Shown here: one piece after another, positions 58,753-64,000 of the stretch | Numbering within the stretch: the stretch's first letter is position 1 | How the letters are laid out: each line of letters begins with the position of its first letter | Assembly: GCA_019828565.1 (NCBI GenBank) | Contig: JAHDYR010000005.1 | Span: 271,100 to 335,099, forward strand | Length of the DNA: 64,000 bases | Reading direction: 5' to 3' | DNA from: Carpediemonas membranifera BICM | Lineage: Eukaryota > Protista > Fornicata | Position numbers and translations under genes: made by a program | Notes under the pieces: model-generated | What the model was told of the DNA's origin: nothing | The model's input: only the letters and a program-made list of their open reading frames with translations | Databases searched by the model: none

Positions 58753-58885
58753 GTGGGGTAAGCAGGTAAACAGATTCTTCTTCAACAACAGAAAATTATC
58801 AGATTCTTTTATTGCTCTTTCAGCGTAAAAATGAACAATTGGTTTTGATTCATTCAAAGTTCTGCTCACAAATTGAAGAGAGTGA

Positions 58886-59815
58886 ATGGTCGTAACTGAT
58901 TCAGAGAGACTGAACATAGCAACACTTCTCGGAAGTGAAATGTCTATAGCAAACATTGCACGCGTAACGGGCCGTTGCCGCAATGTCATCTATGATATCA
59001 AGGCCAATAGAGCGAAATGCTCTGGAAAGAGAGTGAGATCAGCTACCAAGATGAGCCCAGAAGTGACGAAGTATGTACGTGACTATGTTCTCCAGAATCC
59101 GGCTGCTCGGCTTAGCGACATAGCCACTGTCGTGCAGCTGAAGTTCGGTATTTCAGTATCGCTATCCAGCCTCTCCCAGACGATACTACACAAAGAGAAG
59201 CTTACGCTCAAGGTCGGTGACACCAGATGGATGGAAAGGAATCCAGAGGAAGCCTGGCGTTTCCGTTCATTCTACGCAACGGAGATTGCCCCGTACTATT
59301 CCACCGATCAAGTCTTCTTCCTCGACGAGACTAGCTTCGACCCCCGTCACCTGGCGGTCAAGCGAGTGCGTGGCCCAAAAGGCGTTAGGACATATGCTTG
59401 CCGCAAGGGTGGCCCGGTCGGCCAGCGTTACTCGGTGTGCGCGACTCTTGGCGTCGAAGGGATCAAGCACAGAGTCATAACGACAGGTACATTTACTGCT
59501 GACAAGTTTCTAGACAATACCATAGAGTTGCTGGGGATGATACCGGGGTGCGTCCTCGTGATGGACAATGCCTCCATACACGCACTCAAGGGCAAGCTTG
59601 ACGCCCTAATGCAACTCTATGATGTCCGCATCGTCTTCCTCCCTAAGTATTCGCCATTCTTGAACCCAATCGAGGTTGTGTTCGCGTGGATCAAGGCGTT
59701 TGTTCACACGCACTTTAAGGACATGGGGCGTTTGCCGGCAATACTCGCCGCCTTTGATGACGTTGCCAAGAAAAACATAAGAGGTCTCTACGAGAAGCAT
59801 GGATATTCCCATTAA
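58886..59815 (+). CDS. Tn2 DD35E-spaced transposase (intact)
   Basis: FLDETSF, MDNASIH, YSPFLNPIE. Confidence 0.95.
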   Translation: MVVTDSERLNIATLLGSEMSIANIARVTGRCRNVIYDIKANRAKCSGKRVRSATKMSPEVTKYVRDYVLQNPAARLSDIATVVQLKFGISVSLSSLSQTILHKEKLTLKVGDTRWMERNPEEAWRFRSFYATEIAPYYSTDQVFFLDETSFDPRHLAVKRVRGPKGVRTYACRKGGPVGQRYSVCATLGVEGIKHRVITTGTFTADKFLDNTIELLGMIPGCVLVMDNASIHALKGKLDALMQLYDVRIVFLPKYSPFLNPIEVVFAWIKAFVHTHFKDMGRLPAILAAFDDVAKKNIRGLYEKHGYSH

Positions 59816-59821
59816 AGCTGT

Positions 59822-60271
59822 TTATTCTCTCAATTCTTGGCTGGATGCAACAGATAGAGCTGGCTGAGAAGGTTCGCTGCGCTCTGCTTCCTCCAAAGAC
59901 GCAAGGAACGAGATAACGCGAGAGTACCACTCGGGCTTCACTGGGATGGAGATAAAGCCGTGCGACACTTCTCTCCGCGGTGCAGGCTGATAGTCAGAGG
60001 ATGAGGGCGTCGAGTGCGGCTTCAGGAGACCGGCGGGAGGATTAGCGACAGTGGCATGTCCTCGCATGATCTCGAATGCCCATGCGGCAATCATCCTTCC
60101 AGGGAGAGCCCGTGCAATCTCCGAGTTCTCCACCAACGTCCTCATTCCCTGTGTTATCGCGGAGTTATCAACATTACCATCCTCAGCTGTAGATAAAACA
60201 TCTTTGAATGGGCATCCAGCCCTGTTGTGGTTCTTGCAGCTGCACAGGCTACACGTTACAGTTCTCACCAT
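59822..60271 (-). CDS. Tn2 accessory CCHC protein
   Basis: CSLCSCKNHNRAGC; homologous to 4050-4520. Confidence 0.85.
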   Translation of the reverse strand: MVRTVTCSLCSCKNHNRAGCPFKDVLSTAEDGNVDNSAITQGMRTLVENSEIARALPGRMIAAWAFEIMRGHATVANPPAGLLKPHSTPSSSDYQPAPRREVSHGFISIPVKPEWYSRVISFLASLEEAERSEPSQPALSVASSQELRE

Positions 60272-60593
60272 CTGTCGTCAATCAAAAAGTTCCAGGCCTA
60301 ATCAAAATGATGTTCATTTTTAGAGTAAAAGAGCAATACAAACACAATCCTGGCTCCCACCCAGGACCTGGCATTAGCCAAGAAGGGCACTGCCAGTGGG
60401 CTGCAGCGACAGCCAAAGGGGGGGTCACGCCAAAGCGCCCCCTCCTAAGTCAATTGCCAGAGAACTCAATGGTCACCAGAGCACAAGTATTTGGCCTAAC
60501 GGGGATCACCTGAGCCGGCACTGAGGCCCCCGTTAGGACGCGGCTATCAGAAATTCTAGGAAATTCGCAGGATAAGAACCAAGCAGAATCAAC

Positions 60594-63500
60594 ATGGAAA
60601 GAACTAGTATAATCAGTCTCAACTCTCAAGGTCACATTGGGAAAGGGAAGGACTTTACTGCATCCATCGCCACAGCACTACAAGCGAGAATCAAGAATAC
60701 AGAAGCGTTATGCATCCAAGAAACATGGCGCACGGCTAACACGAGGATCCACTGCTTTGCAGACTTCGATTATGCCATGGCTGGTCGAGAAACAGAAGAA
60801 AACCTGCTAGCAGAGAACGAGAAGAGCAGAAGAGAAGCTAACAGACATCGACGCATCAATAAGCGGTTCGGGCTAACAGAAGAAGTCCCATTGCCAAGGT
60901 GGAAGGGCACAAGGGAAGGTATAGGCACAGTGATCAGCCCACACGCCAAGGGAGAATGGGAAGTCGGAATCACAGACAGCCTGTCGGGCAGAATACAGGC
61001 TAGCATACTCAGAACCAGTCGGGACCTATTGATCATCAACGTGTACGGCCCGACTACCGATAAGAAGAAAGAGGTCAAGGACAAGTTCAAGGCTGACCTG
61101 CAGGACATCTTAGACATGAAGGGCGACATGGAAGCTATCATAATTGGAGACTGGAACATGAAACCCGATAGGGCTAGCAGAGCTATCAGATGGAAGGACT
61201 TAATGGCTAGGTTCAAGCTCCGGGCAGTGTACACAAGCGACCACACGTACCCATCTGGGAAATCTAGACCGGACTTCGCGATGGTCTCGGAGGGCATCCG
61301 AGAAGCAAAGGTGGAGACGGTAGAGCCCCAGACAATAGGAGTGTGGGGTTCCTCCCACAAGGCTATCAGACTATCGTGGGACGAGCCGAGGTACCCGGAA
61401 ACTGAGCCCAGGACGGACCCCCAGCTGGAAGTCCCGGAGGTCACCACCTGGAAGATGAAGAAGAGAGGAAACCCTACTACCATCAAGACACTTAGGGAGG
61501 GACAGTCCATTGACCAATGGGAAGAAGCTATCAGAATATCCGTGGGGAAGCCAACCCGGACCAGGGAACCGAAGGAGACGAGCGAAGTCTTCCCCAGCGA
61601 AGTATGGAACAAGCTGCAGCGCACAACGTGGTCTGAGGCAGGCAACACGACAAGGTTGGCTATCATGAAAGACAGGCTATCGGAGTACTGGAACAAGCGT
61701 AGAGAGAAATGGGTGGATGAGCTAGGCATGAGCTCCAAGGAAGGATACAAAACGTCGAGGGCAAACGTCGAGGCGGCGGTCAGACGCTGGTGGTGTGAAA
61801 ATCAATACAAGGGCATGCCGAGAAGCCTGCTAAAGGACGGCAAGATCACCACCGACAAAGAAGCTATCAGTGAAATCCTCCTCGAGCAATACGCAAAGGT
61901 AAGTAAGGGAGATGAGCCGGAATGGAAAACGTGGCGGGGCAGAGCTGGGAAGGAGTTTAAGACAGAAGAGATCAGAGAGGCTATCAGACGCATCAAAGCA
62001 GACACAGCAACAGGGCCGGACAACACATCAGGAGATATGGTTAGGAGCCTGGACAGCTACGGGTACGAACAGCTAACAAAGTTCTTTAACCGAATCTACG
62101 AGGAGGGAAGAATACCGGAAGTGTGGAAGTATGCAACGGTATCTGCTATCCACAAGACTGGGAAACCCAGAGTCAAGGCGGAATCGTATAGGCCTATCTC
62201 GCTAACACCAATCCTGTACAGAGTCTACGGCAGACTACTGAAGAAAAGGCTAGAGGATGCCGCATGGAAATTCATACCCAGAGAGCAGGCGGGGTTCCAA
62301 GCTAACAAAGATGTGATCCAACAAATCCAATACATAGTACAGCGCCATCAAGAAGGAGGGGAAACCACGTCAGTATTCTTGGACATCGAGAAGGCCTATG
62401 ATACAGTCCCAAGGGACATCTTGATGGACAAGCTATACGGGATGGGTGTGAAGGAGCACCTGGTCAGAGCTATCCAGAGCACGCTAACAGAAACGTGGAT
62501 CTCCGTCAGGGGGGCAAGATCATGGAAGAAGACGAACAGAGGAGTGAAGCAAGGGTGTGTACTCGCCCCCACTCTCTTTATCCTATTCATGGCTAACTGG
62601 CCCCACCTGGCAAGGAAGATTCATGAGCAGCAGGACTACGATATCAGAGAGCCACCGCTACCAGTAACAGGAAGGGACCCGCTACCAGCAGCCCTAACCA
62701 TGTTTGTCGATGACACCGCTATCACAGGAACCACCCCAGAGCAGTGCCAGACGGTCTCGAGAATCATGATGAGCATCATCGAGGAGCACAAGATGAGAGC
62801 GAATGCGATGAAGAATGTAATGATCAGCGTATCGTGGGCAGCAAGGGTGAACTTAGGAGGAGTCGGCCTCACCCCGGCGAAGGAAGCTCGGTATCTAGGA
62901 CTGTGGCTATCCAGTGGACCAGACCCGCTAGCAGCATGCATCCAAAAGAAGAGGGAACAGAGCATCAGGTACCAAAGGCTGTGCAGGTGGGCTGGATGGA
63001 CGAGAAGGGACATGCCGGCAATGGCTAGCAGACTACTCCTTGAAATTTATATATGGCCGAGAATCATGTTTGGGGTTGAAGTGTGGGGAAGCCAACCAGG
63101 AGGTACGAGAATCTGGAATGAGTGGCAAGGAATCATGGCCGGTACAGGAACAGGAGGCGGATCGGCGGTGAGAATACTGAACGGATGGGTCGACCTGCGA
63201 GCCCATCTCGAACTGCTAGCAGTGAAGAGGGTGGCAGCTTTCAGAGACCTGGATATACCAGTCAAGGACAGGAGTTGGAATGAGGGGACAATCATGGGAG
63301 AGAGCAGAGAGAGGGCTAACAGAGTGCTCCACAAGGTAAGGGGCGACGCTACCACAAAGGCCAGGGTAAGCTATGGGAAGGAAAGGATTAGAATGAGCTG
63401 GATCAAGAGATGCAAGAGCAAAACAGCCCAGGGGCTGATGGCGGTCGCGGGGACCCGGAGAATGGCCAGGTGCATGATGGGCAAACCAATCGTCAGAAGG

Positions 63501-63997
63501 AAACCAATCAAAGGCCAGTCAAGAGCGGATTGGAAACGAGTGCTATCAGTAGCGGCAAATGTAAGCCCCTCCCCCTCCTCAGCAGGAAAAGGAGAAGGCC
63601 CCCAGAGAGTGCTAGCAAACCTGACCATAGATGAGGACCTGAAGAGGAAATTAGCAGAAGGTGCCCACTCTGCTCGGCAACAACGGAGGTCGACCTGTTA
63701 TGGGAAATCCTGGAAAGGAAACCGGATGACGAGGAAGAACAGGAGATGATCAGGAAATGGGTCCAAGAACAAGCCCTGGGGTCGGCCGCCCACATCATAG
63801 GCGAATGTCCAAAGGTAGACAGAGGGCCCAAGTGGAGTAGATGGTGGGAAGCAGCGAAGTCCAAAACAGAATACCTAGCTATCAGATCAGGACCGGATGG
63901 AGACTGGTACAACGAAAGGCCGATATTAGAACTGCAACAGCTTATCCTCTGGGAGAAGGAAGAGATATGGGAGGGGCTGAAGGGACTCAGGCCCTAG
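60594..63997 (+). CDS. LINE ORF2: APE endonuclease, RT, C-terminal zinc motif (frameshifted near 3' end)
   Basis: SLNSQG, IQETW, NVYGP, GDWN; YRPISL, DIEKAYD, GVKQG, FVDD; CPLC...HIIGEC in the shifted frame. Confidence 0.93.
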
Positions 63998-64000
63998 GAG

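Larger units (their letters stand above)
58812..60336 (+). mobile_element. Tc1/IS630-type DNA transposon Tn2 in the LINE inter-ORF spacer
   Basis: TA TSD; 26-bp imperfect TIRs TTGCTCTTT....TAAAAATGAACA. Confidence 0.94.
55521..64000 (+). mobile_element. non-LTR retrotransposon (LINE, APE-type), 5' end missing
   Basis: Long ORF1 plus APE-RT ORF2, contiguous once Tn2 is removed. Confidence 0.85.

Noticed and set aside
3300-63700. Many frameshifts within pol, transposase and ORF1 genes as programmed recoding
   Set aside because: They fall at inconsistent positions inside conserved domains, often in homopolymers, so assembly indels or decay are more likely.

Overview
Eukaryotic transposon cluster, probably protist. 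The only host gene is tRNA-Gly(GCC) at 96-166 (-). Immediately upstream of it, six co-oriented tyrosine-recombinase (YR; DIRS/PAT-like) retroelements of two families (X, Y) lie head to tail from ~170 to 37160. Four chromodomain Ty3/gypsy elements (A-D) and a Tc1/IS630-type DNA transposon are nested inside them. From ~37160 to 64000 there are LINE remnants, minus-strand gypsy elements (E-H), and a near-complete LINE interrupted by a second Tc1/IS630 element. Main unusual signals: (1) all six gypsy 5' LTRs are followed by a 10-14 bp perfect palindrome instead of a tRNA primer-binding site; (2) the LINE ORF1 carries a Maelstrom/arenavirus-NP-like DEDDh nuclease domain; (3) both DNA transposons carry a homologous convergent CCHC accessory gene; (4) the YR elements appear to accrete in tandem; (5) GCTATCAG occurs about 19 times through the LINE; (6) gypsy elements carry antisense cargo genes, one apparently spliced. 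All calls come from manual reading. Many single-base frameshifts may be assembly errors, and YR and LINE boundaries are approximate.
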